Positions 51,288 through 62,207 of a stretch of 64,000 nucleotides of DNA are shown here, piece by piece. The stretch is from an uncultured SAR116 cluster alpha proteobacterium (lineage in GTDB: Bacteria; Pseudomonadota; Alphaproteobacteria; Puniceispirillales; Marisalimonadaceae), in the NCBI GenBank assembly GCA_902558885.1, contig CACEFQ010000005.1, positions 43,659 to 107,658 of the forward strand, written 5' to 3'. The translations under genes and the position numbers were made by a program. The stretch's first letter is position 1; each line of letters opens with the position of its first letter. Below the pieces are notes generated by a model. That model did no database searches. It was not told where the DNA came from and saw only the letters and a program-made list of their open reading frames with translations.

Positions 51288-52697
51288 TTGAATTATGTCT
51301 TCTATGACTTAGAAACTACAGGAAGAAATTCTGCCTGGGATCAAATTATTCAAGTTGCTGCTATTCTTACAGATGATAAATTTAATTTGATTGACAAATT
51401 TGAAGAAAGATGTCGATTAAAAAAAGGTTTAGTACCGTATCCTAAAGCATTAATTGTAAATAAAACATCTGTTGAAATTTTAAAAAAGGTAAATTTATCA
51501 CATTATGAATTAACAAAAAAAATAGAAACAACATTTAAAAAATGGTCACCTGCAATTTTTGTTGGATATAATTCAATAAGTTTTGATGAAGAATTTATTA
51601 GAAAAACTTTTTTTAGAAATCTTTTTGAGCCCTATTTAACACAATTTAATGGTAACAAAAGAGCTGATGTAATTGGTATGACTAGAACATCTAAATTTTA
51701 TTATCCTGATTGTTTAAAAGTTGGTGTAAATGAAAAGGGAAATCAAGTTTTCAAATTAGATGTCTTAACTAAACTTAATAATATTGATCACAATGCTCAT
51801 GATGCTATGGGTGACGTTGATGCTACAATAGAAATTGCTAAAATTTTGCAGATAAGTTCTAATAAGGTTTGGAATTCTGGGCTTAAAAATAATAATAAAA
51901 TTGATGTGGATAATTTTCTAATTCAAAATAATATTGTTTGTATGGATGAATATCTTTTTGGTAAATTTAGTGCTCACGCTGTTACCTATGTTTGCAAAAA
52001 TCAATTTAATTATCCCCAATGTTTTGATTTGTTGCATGACCCAATTGATTATATTGATATGTCTATTCAAGATTTAAAAGTTAAAATGAAACAAAAACCT
52101 AAGTTAATTAGAGAAGTTAAAAATAATAAAAATCCTATCTTATTAGATACAAGCTTTATTGATAAAATACCAATGTATCAAACAATTGGTATGGAAGTTT
52201 TAGCTCATAGAGCAGAAATTATTAAAAATAGCCCTGATTTTAAAAATAAGATTCAAACCATTCTTTTTGAAGAGTACGAAACAAAAAAAATGACTAATTC
52301 ACAGGTTGATATAATGCCCGAAGAAAGCATTTATTCTGGTGGATTTCCAGATAATTATGACAAATCCAAAATGATTGATTTTCATAACGCTGATTGGGAA
52401 GAAAAATTTTATATTGCAAATCAGTTTAAAGATGAACGTTATAAATATTTTGCTCATATATTAATTTATGAAGAAATGCCTCATGTGCTCCCAAAGTCTG
52501 ATTATGAAAATATCCATAAAATTATTGCTAATCAGATTTTAAGCACTGATAATGAAAAATGGAATACAATCCCTAAGGCATATAATGAACTAGATAATTT
52601 ACGTGAAGAATATGAAAGACAAGGTGATGATGAAAAATTGTTATTTTTAGAAGATTGGGATAATTTTCTACAAGATCTTGAAAATCAATATCAATGA
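51288..52697 (+). CDS. sbcB: Exodeoxyribonuclease I (DEDDh 3'-5' ssDNA exonuclease)
   Basis: FYDLETTG, DQIIQVAA, GYNSISFDEEF, HNAHDAMGDV, EESIYSGGF; start probably TTG 51288 (GAGGT RBS). Confidence 0.85.
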   Translation: MNYVFYDLETTGRNSAWDQIIQVAAILTDDKFNLIDKFEERCRLKKGLVPYPKALIVNKTSVEILKKVNLSHYELTKKIETTFKKWSPAIFVGYNSISFDEEFIRKTFFRNLFEPYLTQFNGNKRADVIGMTRTSKFYYPDCLKVGVNEKGNQVFKLDVLTKLNNIDHNAHDAMGDVDATIEIAKILQISSNKVWNSGLKNNNKIDVDNFLIQNNIVCMDEYLFGKFSAHAVTYVCKNQFNYPQCFDLLHDPIDYIDMSIQDLKVKMKQKPKLIREVKNNKNPILLDTSFIDKIPMYQTIGMEVLAHRAEIIKNSPDFKNKIQTILFEEYETKKMTNSQVDIMPEESIYSGGFPDNYDKSKMIDFHNADWEEKFYIANQFKDERYKYFAHILIYEEMPHVLPKSDYENIHKIIANQILSTDNEKWNTIPKAYNELDNLREEYERQGDDEKLLFLEDWDNFLQDLENQYQ

Positions 52698-52730
52698 ATT
52701 TTAAATTATATTAACTAAGGAGAGATTAAA

Positions 52731-53051
52731 ATGGCAACAAATAAAACAAATGACCAAAACTTTAAAGTAGATGTATTAGAATCTAAGGAACCCGTATTGG
52801 TAGATTTTTGGGCAGATTGGTGTGGACCTTGTAAAGCAATTGCACCTTCTCTAGAAGAATTATCTGAAGAAATGAGTAATAAATTAAAAGTAGTTAAAAT
52901 TAATGTAGATGAAAACCCTTCAACATCTCAAGCATATAGTATAAGAAGTATTCCTGCTTTAATGATATTTAAAGATGGAGAAAAAATTTCTGAGAAGATG
53001 GGAGCTCTTCCGAAATCAGCTCTTGAGTCATGGATTAAAGATACAATCTAA
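52731..53051 (+). CDS. trxA: Thioredoxin
   Basis: DFWADWCGPCK, RSIP. Confidence 0.98.
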   Translation: MATNKTNDQNFKVDVLESKEPVLVDFWADWCGPCKAIAPSLEELSEEMSNKLKVVKINVDENPSTSQAYSIRSIPALMIFKDGEKISEKMGALPKSALESWIKDTI

Positions 53052-54283
53052 TCAATAATCGTTTCGTTGAATTTTAACGCATTACCTGCTAAATATAAAG
53101 ATCCAGTTATTAACAAGGGAATTTTATCGTCGGCTTCTTTAAGAGCGTTTTCTAAACTGTTTGAAATATTCGTGTTAAAACCTAAGTCATCTAATTTGTT
53201 TTTAATGTCTAGGGCTGAGAAAGTATTTGGTGACCCAGGTATAGTAATGGCATAAATTTGATCAATGTGGTTTTTAAAGATTTCAACAAAACCTCTCACT
53301 TCTCTGTTATTTAACATCCCAATAATTAGGTTCCATTTACCTAAACTTTCTTTACTTAGATATTGATCAAGAACAATAGCACCATCTTGATTATGCGATC
53401 CATCAATTATGGTAATATTTTTTCTGAGATTAAAAATTTTACCATAATTTAATTTTTGGATTCTTCCAGGCCATGAAGTTTTTGCAAGTCCTTGCTTAAC
53501 TCTGGCTAAGGAAATTGATGGTATTAGAAATTTAGCAGCTGTAAATGCTGTTGATGCATTTTCGTATTGAAAGGCACCAAACAATCCTAATTTTATATCT
53601 TTTGAAATTTGATCCAGCTCAATTACATTTGAATTTATTTCTTTTGCATAATTCAATAGTATTTTCAGCGCTTCATCTTTAGTTTGTTTAGCAATTATGA
53701 CAGGAATATCTTTTCTTAAAATTCCTGCTTTCTCTTTTGCTATTTTTTCAATTTTCTTCCCAAGGTATTCTTCATGATCATAGCCAATTTTAGTAATTAT
53801 AGTAAGTTTTTTATTTTCTATAATATTGGTAGCATCTAATCTTCCACCCAGCCCAGTCTCAAAAATATTAATATCACTAGGAAACCGTTTGAAGGCAATA
53901 AATGCTGCAGCGGTAGTAATTTCAAAAAATGTTATTGGATTATGATTATTTTTTAATTCAACTTCTTCTAATATATTTATTAAATTTTCGTCTGAAATTA
54001 ATTTTTTGTTTATTCTAATTCGTTCATTAAAATTTATTAGATGTGGAGAAGTATATATATTAACTGACAAATTATGAGATTCTAAAATTTCTTTCAGGAA
54101 TGCTGCAGTTGAGCCTTTACCATTTGTCCCTGCAATATGAATTACGTTATTTAGAGTATTTTGTGGGTTATCAAATTTATTTATTAAAAGTTTTAATCTT
54201 TTAAGATCAAAATCTATTAGCTTTGGATGTAAGCTAAACATCCTGTTTAAAGTTGAAGATAATTTTTTTTTGGTATTATTCAA
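53048..54283 (-). CDS. folC: Dihydrofolate synthase/folylpolyglutamate synthase
   Basis: HIAGTNGKGST, YTSPHL, ETGLGGRLDATN, WPGR, DGSHN, GSLYLAG. Confidence 0.97.
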   Translation of the reverse strand: MNNTKKKLSSTLNRMFSLHPKLIDFDLKRLKLLINKFDNPQNTLNNVIHIAGTNGKGSTAAFLKEILESHNLSVNIYTSPHLINFNERIRINKKLISDENLINILEEVELKNNHNPITFFEITTAAAFIAFKRFPSDINIFETGLGGRLDATNIIENKKLTIITKIGYDHEEYLGKKIEKIAKEKAGILRKDIPVIIAKQTKDEALKILLNYAKEINSNVIELDQISKDIKLGLFGAFQYENASTAFTAAKFLIPSISLARVKQGLAKTSWPGRIQKLNYGKIFNLRKNITIIDGSHNQDGAIVLDQYLSKESLGKWNLIIGMLNNREVRGFVEIFKNHIDQIYAITIPGSPNTFSALDIKNKLDDLGFNTNISNSLENALKEADDKIPLLITGSLYLAGNALKFNETIID

Positions 54284-54306
54284 TTTAGATGAAGCAATTA
54301 ATCATA

Positions 54307-55161
54307 TTAATTTAAATAAAAAGTTAGAGACTTTAATAATTTTGAAATTTTAATTTTTTGTTCTGATCTAGGAACTACTATATCTATCATACCATGGGAT
54401 TTTAAATATTCTGCAGTTTGAAAATCTTCAGGTAATTTTTCTTTGACAGTTTCTTCTATAACTCTTCTTCCCGCAAATCCAATAATTGCTCCTGGTTCTG
54501 CAATATGTATATCACCAAGCATAGCAAAGCTTGCTGTGACACCACCAGTAGTTGGATTTGCATGTAAAACAATGTATGGTAGATTTGCTTTTTTAATTTT
54601 GTTAATTGCAATTGTTGATCTTGGCATTTGCATTAAGGAAAATATACCTTCCTGCATTCTTGCTCCACCAGAAGATGGAACAACAATAAGTGGACATTTT
54701 CTTTTAATAGCCTCTTCGGACGCTAAAATTAATCCATCTCCTACATATCTACCCATTGATCCTGCCATAAATGCAAAATCAAAACATGCCAAGATTACCG
54801 GTGTTTTATCAATTAATCCAAAGCTAACTAATAAAGCGTCGTTTAGTTTGGTTTTGCTTTGAGCATCTTTTATTCTATCACTATATTTCTTTTTATCTTT
54901 AAAATTAAGTGGATCTAATTTTGGTTTTGGAACTATGATGTTTTCTATTGAGCCTTTATCAAGAAGAAACTCAATTCTTTCTTTTGCGGATAAATGATCA
55001 TGAAAACCACATGTTTTACAAACATTATTATTTGCAGAAAATTCTTTGTGAAATATCATTTGAGAACAAGATTTGCATTTTATCCATAATACTTCCTCAG
55101 GTTCTTTAATTTTAACAAAAGCTTTAAACTTAGGTAGAACTGTTTCTTTAATCCAATTCAA
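54307..55161 (-). CDS. accD: Acetyl-CoA carboxylase carboxyltransferase beta subunit
   Basis: Zn finger WIKCKSC...CKTC, FMAGSMG, SGGARMQEG, PTTGGVTASF. Confidence 0.98.
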   Translation of the reverse strand: MNWIKETVLPKFKAFVKIKEPEEVLWIKCKSCSQMIFHKEFSANNNVCKTCGFHDHLSAKERIEFLLDKGSIENIIVPKPKLDPLNFKDKKKYSDRIKDAQSKTKLNDALLVSFGLIDKTPVILACFDFAFMAGSMGRYVGDGLILASEEAIKRKCPLIVVPSSGGARMQEGIFSLMQMPRSTIAINKIKKANLPYIVLHANPTTGGVTASFAMLGDIHIAEPGAIIGFAGRRVIEETVKEKLPEDFQTAEYLKSHGMIDIVVPRSEQKIKISKLLKSLTFYLN

Positions 55162-55216
55162 TTATCTTTCCCTTTAAATTTATGCCAACTAACCAAATAA
55201 TTAAGGCTTAATTATG

Positions 55217-56026
55217 TTATAGAACTTTTGATATTTCTCTAGTCAAATCTAAGCATTCAATTAAATCTTCACCACTTGAGTTACCATCATCATCTAAATT
55301 TTTTTTAATTAAATCAACTACTGCAGATCCAATCACAATACCGTCGGACGACTTTGACATCAAAGCTGCTTGAGCTGATGATCGGATACCAAAACCAATG
55401 ACAATTGGTAAGTCTGTTACCTTTCTAATCTTTTCTATATTATGCTGGACGCTTTTAATGTTAGGGGCTTGAGTACCAGTAATTCCTGTAATTGAAACAT
55501 AATATACAAATCCAGTAGCATTTAACAAAATCTTCTTAAGTCTTTTTTCATCAGTAGTAGGAGTAACTAATCTTATCATAGAGAGGTTATTTTTTTTAGC
55601 TTCATAATAGAACTCGTCATCTTCTTCGGGTGGTAAGTCTACAATGATAAGAGCATCTACACCTAACTCTATACAATTTTTAATAAATTTTTCTTTTCCA
55701 AACTTATATATTGGATTGTAGTAGCCCATTAATATAATAGGGGTATGACTATTTTTTTCTCTAAAAATTTTAATTAGTGATAAACATTTATAAAGGTTCA
55801 TACCTGATTTTAAAGCTCTTTGACTTGATAATTGAATAGATGGACCATCCGCCATTGGGTCAGAAAACGGCATACCAATTTCTATAAAATCTGCACCATT
55901 ATCAGGCAAGTTAGTAATAAGTTTCAAAGAACTTTCGAAATTAGGGTCGCCAGCGGTTATAAAAATTCCTAAGGCTTTTTTATTGTTTTTATTTAATTTA
56001 TCAAAAGTTTTTTTTAATCGATTCAT
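55217..56026 (-). CDS. trpA: Tryptophan synthase alpha chain
   Basis: TAGDP, EIGMPFSDPMADGP, MGYYNP, VDLPPEE, GFGI. Confidence 0.99.
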   Translation of the reverse strand: MNRLKKTFDKLNKNNKKALGIFITAGDPNFESSLKLITNLPDNGADFIEIGMPFSDPMADGPSIQLSSQRALKSGMNLYKCLSLIKIFREKNSHTPIILMGYYNPIYKFGKEKFIKNCIELGVDALIIVDLPPEEDDEFYYEAKKNNLSMIRLVTPTTDEKRLKKILLNATGFVYYVSITGITGTQAPNIKSVQHNIEKIRKVTDLPIVIGFGIRSSAQAALMSKSSDGIVIGSAVVDLIKKNLDDDGNSSGEDLIECLDLTREISKVL

Positions 56027-56035
56027 AGTTTTATA

Positions 56036-57253
56036 TTAAATATCATTTTTCATTAATAAAGGTAACACAGTGGACAAATCTTTATCTCCTCTACCACACA
56101 TATTCATAATTATAATTTGGCCTTTTCTTTCAGAAGCAAGTTTCCCTGTAATATGTAAGGCATGAGCAGGTTCAAGAGCAGGAATAATACCTTCTAAATT
56201 ACTACATAACTTAAAAGCAGCTAAACTCTGTTCATCTGTTGTTGATAAATATTTAATTCTACCAATATCATGAAGCCACGAATGTTCTGGTCCAATACCA
56301 GGATAATCCAAACCTGCTGATATTGAGTGGGCATCAATTATTTGACCATCATCATCTTGAAGTAAGTAAGTTCTATTCCCATGAAGTACTCCTGGAGAAC
56401 CAGCAGCAAGCGAAGCAGCATGTAGATTGGAATTCAGTCCCTTACCTGCTGCCTCTACACCAAATATTTCAACATCTTCGTCGTCAAGGAAAGGATGAAA
56501 CAAGCCTAGTGCATTTGATCCTCCTCCAATACAAGCGACTAGAGCATTTGGAAGTTTATTTTCCTTTTCTAAAATTTGCTTTTTTGCCTCTTCACCTATG
56601 ATAGATTGAAAATCTCTTACCATTTTAGGATATGGGTGTGGTCCGGCTGCAGTTCCAATAATATAAAAATGAGTATTTGCATTAGTTACCCAGTATCTTA
56701 ATGCATCATTCATTGCATCCTTTAATGTGCCGGTACCAGAGGTTACTGGATTAATTTTAGTTCCTAATAATTGCATTCTTTGAACATTTGGTTTTTGACG
56801 CTCAATATCCTTAGCACCCATAAAGACTTCGCACTCAAAACCAAACAAGGCACATGCTGTCGCGGTTGCAACTCCGTGTTGACCTGCTCCAGTTTCAGCA
56901 ATAATTTTATTTTTACCCATCTTTTTGGCTAATAATATTTGACCTATAACATTATTAATTTTATGAGCCCCAGTGTGATTGAGTTCATCTCTTTTTAAAT
57001 AAATTTTTGCTCCACCAAAATGTTCGGTTAGCCTTTCTGCAAAATATAATGGACTAGGTCTTCCAATATAATCTCTTCTATACATATCTAATTCATTAAT
57101 GAAAGACTGATCCTTTATTGCCTTTTCATATGCATTTTCAACATCCAAAATTAATGGCATTAGAGTTTCAGCAACAAATCTTCCACCATGAATGCCAAAC
57201 TTACCGTAAGCATCTGGACCAGTTTTTAAACTATTTAAATTCATTTTCGTCAT
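56036..57253 (-). CDS. trpB: Tryptophan synthase beta chain (start uncertain by a few codons)
   Basis: [39 protein letters not shown]. Confidence 0.99.
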   Translation of the reverse strand: MTKMNLNSLKTGPDAYGKFGIHGGRFVAETLMPLILDVENAYEKAIKDQSFINELDMYRRDYIGRPSPLYFAERLTEHFGGAKIYLKRDELNHTGAHKINNVIGQILLAKKMGKNKIIAETGAGQHGVATATACALFGFECEVFMGAKDIERQKPNVQRMQLLGTKINPVTSGTGTLKDAMNDALRYWVTNANTHFYIIGTAAGPHPYPKMVRDFQSIIGEEAKKQILEKENKLPNALVACIGGGSNALGLFHPFLDDEDVEIFGVEAAGKGLNSNLHAASLAAGSPGVLHGNRTYLLQDDDGQIIDAHSISAGLDYPGIGPEHSWLHDIGRIKYLSTTDEQSLAAFKLCSNLEGIIPALEPAHALHITGKLASERKGQIIIMNMCGRGDKDLSTVLPLLMKNDI

Positions 57254-57263
57254 AAGCAAACCA

Positions 57264-57905
57264 TTATAAACTTTTACATTTAATTACAAAATCTTCAATT
57301 AATTTAGAATCTTTAATACCTTTCCTAATTTCCAGGCCTGAAGAAATATCTATTGCGGGTGCTTTAGTAATATCAATGGCATTTTCTATATTTTCTATGC
57401 TTAATCCTCCTGCTAGCATCCATTTTTTTTTTGATTTAAAATCCTTAAGAATATCCCAATCAAATTTTTTACCATTACCACCTGGTAAAGATTCAGATGG
57501 AGCGTCGAGTAGTAAGATATCACAGATATCCTCAAATTCTCTATTTGTTCTTAATAGATCAACTTTATTTGTAACATTGATACCCTTTATCAAGGGAAGA
57601 TTTATTTTTTGTTTAATATCAAGACATCTTCTTGAATTTTCGTTTCCATGAAGTTGTATATAGTCAGGATTAATATTTTTTTTAATTACATTTAAAAAAT
57701 CGTCATTCGGGTTAACAGTGAGAGCTACTATTTTAGTTGTTTTATTTCTTAATTTAAGTAGTTCCTTAGAAAGATTTATTGATATATTTCGTGGTGAATT
57801 TGGGTAAAAAACTAATCCTATGTAATCGACTTTACATTTAACTGCAGTGTTCATGGATTTTTTATCATTTATTCCACACACTTTGATTTCAAATAGATTG
57901 TTCAT
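57264..57905 (-). CDS. trpF: N-(5'-phosphoribosyl)anthranilate isomerase
   Basis: [34 protein letters not shown]. Confidence 0.97.
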   Translation of the reverse strand: MNNLFEIKVCGINDKKSMNTAVKCKVDYIGLVFYPNSPRNISINLSKELLKLRNKTTKIVALTVNPNDDFLNVIKKNINPDYIQLHGNENSRRCLDIKQKINLPLIKGINVTNKVDLLRTNREFEDICDILLLDAPSESLPGGNGKKFDWDILKDFKSKKKWMLAGGLSIENIENAIDITKAPAIDISSGLEIRKGIKDSKLIEDFVIKCKSL

Positions 57906-57949
57906 TTTAAATAAGATATAATTTTGGGCGAAAAAAATCTAGAATAAGG

Positions 57950-58228
57950 TTATTTATTTAAACGATCTTTCATACCTTTACCCATTCTGAAAAAGGGAAC
58001 TTGTTTTTCTGGAACTGCAACGGTAGCGCCATTTTTTGGGTTTCTGGCAATGCGTGCTTTTCTTTTTTTAACATCGAAAACACCAAAACCACGTAATTCT
58101 ACCCTTTCATTTCTAGAGAGGGCTTTAGTAATGGTATCAAAAAATACGTTAACTATTTTATTTGCATCTTTTTGATAAATGCTAGGGTTTAGATTTGCAA
58201 TTTTATTTATAAGTTCAGATTTATTCAA
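57950..58228 (-). CDS. ihfB: Integration host factor beta subunit
   Basis: [27 protein letters not shown]; follows rpsA. Confidence 0.95.
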   Translation of the reverse strand: MNKSELINKIANLNPSIYQKDANKIVNVFFDTITKALSRNERVELRGFGVFDVKKRKARIARNPKNGATVAVPEKQVPFFRMGKGMKDRLNK

Positions 58229-58240
58229 CGTAATACCTTT

Positions 58241-59950
58241 TTAAGAAGATTTTTCATCTTTTTTAGCCAGTGCAGCACCTAAAATATCACCTAAACTGGC
58301 TCCACTATCTGATGATCCATACTCCGCCATGGCTTTCTTTTCTTCCTCAATTTCTCTAGCCTTTATTGAAAGTGAAATTTTTCTTGTTTTTTTATCAATA
58401 TTTGTAACAGTAGCATCAACTTTATCACCAACCCCGTAACGATCTGTCTTTTGATCTGCTCTTTCGCGAGATAAATCATTTTTCTTAATAAAACCTTTTA
58501 AATTATCACCTACACTAACTTCTAAACCATTTTCTGTTATTTCAGATATTGTACAAGTAACTGTAGATCCTTTTCTAATATTATCAATTTCTGTAGCAGC
58601 AACATCTTCTTTAAGTTGTTTTATACCAAGAGAAATTCTTTCTTTTTCTACGTCTATATCTAATATTTTAGCTTGTGTAGAAGAACCTTTAACATAATTT
58701 TTAATAAGTTCATCGCCGTTACCATCCCAACTTAAGTCAGATAGGTGAACTAAACCATCTATATCTTCTGTCAGAGCTATAAATAGACCAAACTCAGTTA
58801 TATTTCTTATTTCGCCTTCAATAATATCTCCAATTTTATTTGAGTTTTTGTAATTTTCCCAAGGATTTTCTACGCATTGTTTTATGCCAAGAGAAATTCT
58901 TCTTTTTTGCACATCAATCTCAAGGACCATCACTTGAAGTTTTTCAGAGGTGGATACAATTTTTCCTGGATGAACATTTTTCTTTGTCCAACTCATTTCC
59001 GAAACATGAACTAATCCTTCAATACCATCCTCTAATTCAACGAATGATCCATAATCTGTAATATTAGTAACAATTCCTGACATTTTTGCACCTACAGGAA
59101 ATCTTTCAAATACTTTTAGCCATGGATCTTCTGTAAGTTGTTTGATCCCAAGTGATATTCTCTGTGTCTCGTCGTTGAACTTTATAACTTTAACTTGAAC
59201 AGATTCACCTACTTGAAGGGCTTCGGATGGATGATTAATTCTTTTCCACGAAATATCTGTTACATGTAATAAACCATCAACACCGCCAAGATCAACAAAT
59301 GCACCATAATCAGTGATATTTTTAATAACACCTTGTAAAACTTGACCCTCTTGCAGATTTGCAACAAGTTCAGTTCTAGCTTCAGCTCTACTATCTTCTA
59401 AAACAGCTCTTCTTGAAACAACGATATTTCCTCTTCTTCTATCCATTTTAAGTATTTGAAATGGTTGAGGTGTTCCCATTAAAACACCAAGGTCCTTTAT
59501 AGGTCTAATATCAACTTGACTTCCAGGTAAAAAAGCTGTTGCACCTTCTAAATCTACAGTAAATCCACCTTTGACTTTTCCAAAGATTATGCCATTAACT
59601 CTTTGTTGTTTTTCAAGCGCAACTTCTAGATTTACCCAAGCCTCTTCTCTTCTTGCTTTTTCTCTACTTAAAATAGCTTGACCATTAATATCTTCAAGCC
59701 TTTCAATGTAAACTTCAACTTTGTCACCTACGTTAATCTTAACATCTTCTTCATTGTTCCCAAATTCTCTAAGCGGAACACGACCTTCGCATTTCAAACC
59801 AACATCAATCAAAATCATATCTTTTTCAATAGATATTACTGTTCCAGATACTACTGATCCTTCTATGCTTGTCATTTCTTGAAAGCTTTGATCTAATAAT
59901 TCTGAAAAGCTTTCATTTGAAGGTTTGGCAGTCGTTTCAGTTTGAGTCAA
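58241..59950 (-). CDS. rpsA: 30S ribosomal protein S1
   Basis: Six S1 repeats, AFLPGSQVD, TDYGAFVDLGG, SLGDILG; TTG start with AGGAG. Confidence 0.99.
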   Translation of the reverse strand: MTQTETTAKPSNESFSELLDQSFQEMTSIEGSVVSGTVISIEKDMILIDVGLKCEGRVPLREFGNNEEDVKINVGDKVEVYIERLEDINGQAILSREKARREEAWVNLEVALEKQQRVNGIIFGKVKGGFTVDLEGATAFLPGSQVDIRPIKDLGVLMGTPQPFQILKMDRRRGNIVVSRRAVLEDSRAEARTELVANLQEGQVLQGVIKNITDYGAFVDLGGVDGLLHVTDISWKRINHPSEALQVGESVQVKVIKFNDETQRISLGIKQLTEDPWLKVFERFPVGAKMSGIVTNITDYGSFVELEDGIEGLVHVSEMSWTKKNVHPGKIVSTSEKLQVMVLEIDVQKRRISLGIKQCVENPWENYKNSNKIGDIIEGEIRNITEFGLFIALTEDIDGLVHLSDLSWDGNGDELIKNYVKGSSTQAKILDIDVEKERISLGIKQLKEDVAATEIDNIRKGSTVTCTISEITENGLEVSVGDNLKGFIKKNDLSRERADQKTDRYGVGDKVDATVTNIDKKTRKISLSIKAREIEEEKKAMAEYGSSDSGASLGDILGAALAKKDEKSS

Positions 59951-60044
59951 TATTTTCTCCTATTTAATAAGTGTACAATCTGCATTTTTTAGATGTTATA
60001 ATTATGGAAAGTCAAGAAATCAATCAATATATTATGATAAAATG

Positions 60045-60698
60045 TTATATTCCCTCTATTATTTTAGTCACCTTTAATAATAATTCATCTGCATCGATTA
60101 AACTTGTATCTATTACATAAGCATCATCAGCTGGAACAAGTGGTGATGTTCTTCTACTACTATCCAACTTATCTCTTTCATACATTTCTTTAATTAAGTA
60201 TTGCAACATACACTTTTCATCATTTTCATGCAAGAAAGATATGTTTTTTTCTAATAATCTTCTCTTTGCTCTTATATCTATAGATGCATCAATAAAAAAC
60301 TTAAAATCAGCATTTGGAAGAATCTTTGTACCAATATCTCTACCATCAAGGATACAGCCTGGAAATTTCGTTTTATTTTTATCAACAAATTCTTTTTGTT
60401 TTAAAGTTAATATTTCTCTTAATTTAGGATAAGTAGCAATAATAGAAGCTAGTTTTGCAGTTTTTTCTGATCTTAAATCTTCTTTTTTTAATTCTAGAAA
60501 ATTTAAATTTCTGGCAACTTCAGCGCTATAATCTGCTAAATTTGCAGAAGTATCTTTTTTCTTGATAATTAACTCATCAGCAACTTTTCTATATAAAAGT
60601 CCTGTATCTAAATGTGCAAAACCATACTTTTTAGCTAGTTTTTTAGCTAGAGTACCTTTACCCGACGCAGCGGTTCCATCTATTGCAATCTCAATCAT
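60045..60698 (-). CDS. cmk: Cytidylate kinase
   Basis: IAIDGTAASGKGT, LDTGLLYR, LDGRDIGT, RD..DS.R..SPL. Confidence 0.97.
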   Translation of the reverse strand: MIEIAIDGTAASGKGTLAKKLAKKYGFAHLDTGLLYRKVADELIIKKKDTSANLADYSAEVARNLNFLELKKEDLRSEKTAKLASIIATYPKLREILTLKQKEFVDKNKTKFPGCILDGRDIGTKILPNADFKFFIDASIDIRAKRRLLEKNISFLHENDEKCMLQYLIKEMYERDKLDSSRRTSPLVPADDAYVIDTSLIDADELLLKVTKIIEGI

Positions 60699-60739
60699 TA
60701 AAAGTATCTTTTTTGATTTTAAATATATTACTTATGTGT

Positions 60740-62068
60740 TTATCTGTGTGTCAAATTAGCGCCAATTTTATTCATTATTTCTAAAAACGAAGGAAAAGAT
60801 GAGTTTATGGTGTCAGTATCTAATACATTAACAGGATTTTCAGTAATAAATCCTAAGCATAAAAACGACATAGCAATTCTATGGTCTAATCTAGATTTAA
60901 TTGTAACATTTCCATTTATAGAATAATCTGGTCCTTTACCATTGATAACCATACTATCTTTTTTTACTTTTGTTTCAATACCAACTGATCTTAAACCTTC
61001 ACTCATTGCATGGATCCTATCAGTTTCTTTAAATCTAAGTTCTTCAATACCTTCCATTGTGGTTTCACCAATTGCTCTAATAGCAGCTACAGAAAGTATT
61101 GGAAATTCATCTATCATAGAAGCCACTCTTGACTTAGGAATTTTAATTCCTTTCAATATACTATATTTTGCTGAAATATCTGCAATTGGTTCACCATTTA
61201 TTTCTCGTCGGTTTGAAAATGAAATATTTGCTCCCATTTCAATAAGGCTCTTATATAAACCTATCCTTAAATCATTGACACATACATTTAAAATTTTGAT
61301 CTGACTGTTGGGTGTTATTATTGAGGCAACTATAGGAAATGCTGCACTAGATGGATCTGAAGGAATTTCAATGTCAAGCGGTTTAAGAAGAGGCAAGCCT
61401 TCTAAGTTTATTTTCCAGGAAGAATCAGGCAATTTTGTTGTAGAAATTTTAGCTCCTAAATACTTTAACATTCTTTCACTATGATCTCTTGATAAGGTAG
61501 GTTCAATTACAGTTGTATTTCCTGTTGAAGATAGTCCGGCCAATAAAATACTAGATTTAATCTGAGCTGAAGCAACTGGACTATTGTATTCAAGAGGTAA
61601 TGGTATTTTAGAACCTCTAATTTTGATAGGTAAATTATTATTACTAGGATCGTCAAAAACTGCCCCAGTTTTCATGAGTGGTTTAATAATTCTATTCATT
61701 GGTCTTTTGGATAAAGACTCATCTCCTCCTATTGTTGCTTCAACATCAGATCCAGCTATTAGTCCCATAAGTAATCTTGATCCTGTTCCAGAATTACCCA
61801 TATCTAATCTAAAATCTGAACCACATAAATTACCAATCCCATTACCAAAAACTTCCCAAATATTTTTATTTTTTTTAATTTTTATTCCTAAGGTTTTGAG
61901 CGCGTTTAATGTTGCAATAACATCCTCACTTTCAAGAAGATTTTTAATTTTCACTTTACCTGTTACTAATGATCCTATTATAAGAGCACGATGAGAAATT
62001 GATTTGTCCCCAGGTACAATGATAGTACCTGATAAGTTTGAAGATTTATTTGAAGACATAGAATTCAT
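60740..62068 (-). CDS. aroA: 3-phosphoshikimate 1-carboxyvinyltransferase (EPSP synthase)
   Basis: PGDKSISHR, GNSGT, RPM, SAQIKS, RDHSE, ELRFKETDR, DHRIAM. Confidence 0.99.
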   Translation of the reverse strand: MNSMSSNKSSNLSGTIIVPGDKSISHRALIIGSLVTGKVKIKNLLESEDVIATLNALKTLGIKIKKNKNIWEVFGNGIGNLCGSDFRLDMGNSGTGSRLLMGLIAGSDVEATIGGDESLSKRPMNRIIKPLMKTGAVFDDPSNNNLPIKIRGSKIPLPLEYNSPVASAQIKSSILLAGLSSTGNTTVIEPTLSRDHSERMLKYLGAKISTTKLPDSSWKINLEGLPLLKPLDIEIPSDPSSAAFPIVASIITPNSQIKILNVCVNDLRIGLYKSLIEMGANISFSNRREINGEPIADISAKYSILKGIKIPKSRVASMIDEFPILSVAAIRAIGETTMEGIEELRFKETDRIHAMSEGLRSVGIETKVKKDSMVINGKGPDYSINGNVTIKSRLDHRIAMSFLCLGFITENPVNVLDTDTINSSFPSFLEIMNKIGANLTHR

Positions 62069-62207
62069 AAATATTTCCTTATAAAGTAAAGCTTAATATA
62101 TATTTAAATTAATAAAAGTTAACAAAATTCTTAAAAAAACTTTTGACAGATTGAAAATTTTAAGTCTAATCCAAATAGTAGAAATATATTTATAAGGGAG
62201 CATTGAT

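Noticed and set aside
57906-57949. trp attenuator or leader peptide before trpF
   Set aside because: The 44-bp spacer has no Trp-codon leader or terminator hairpin.
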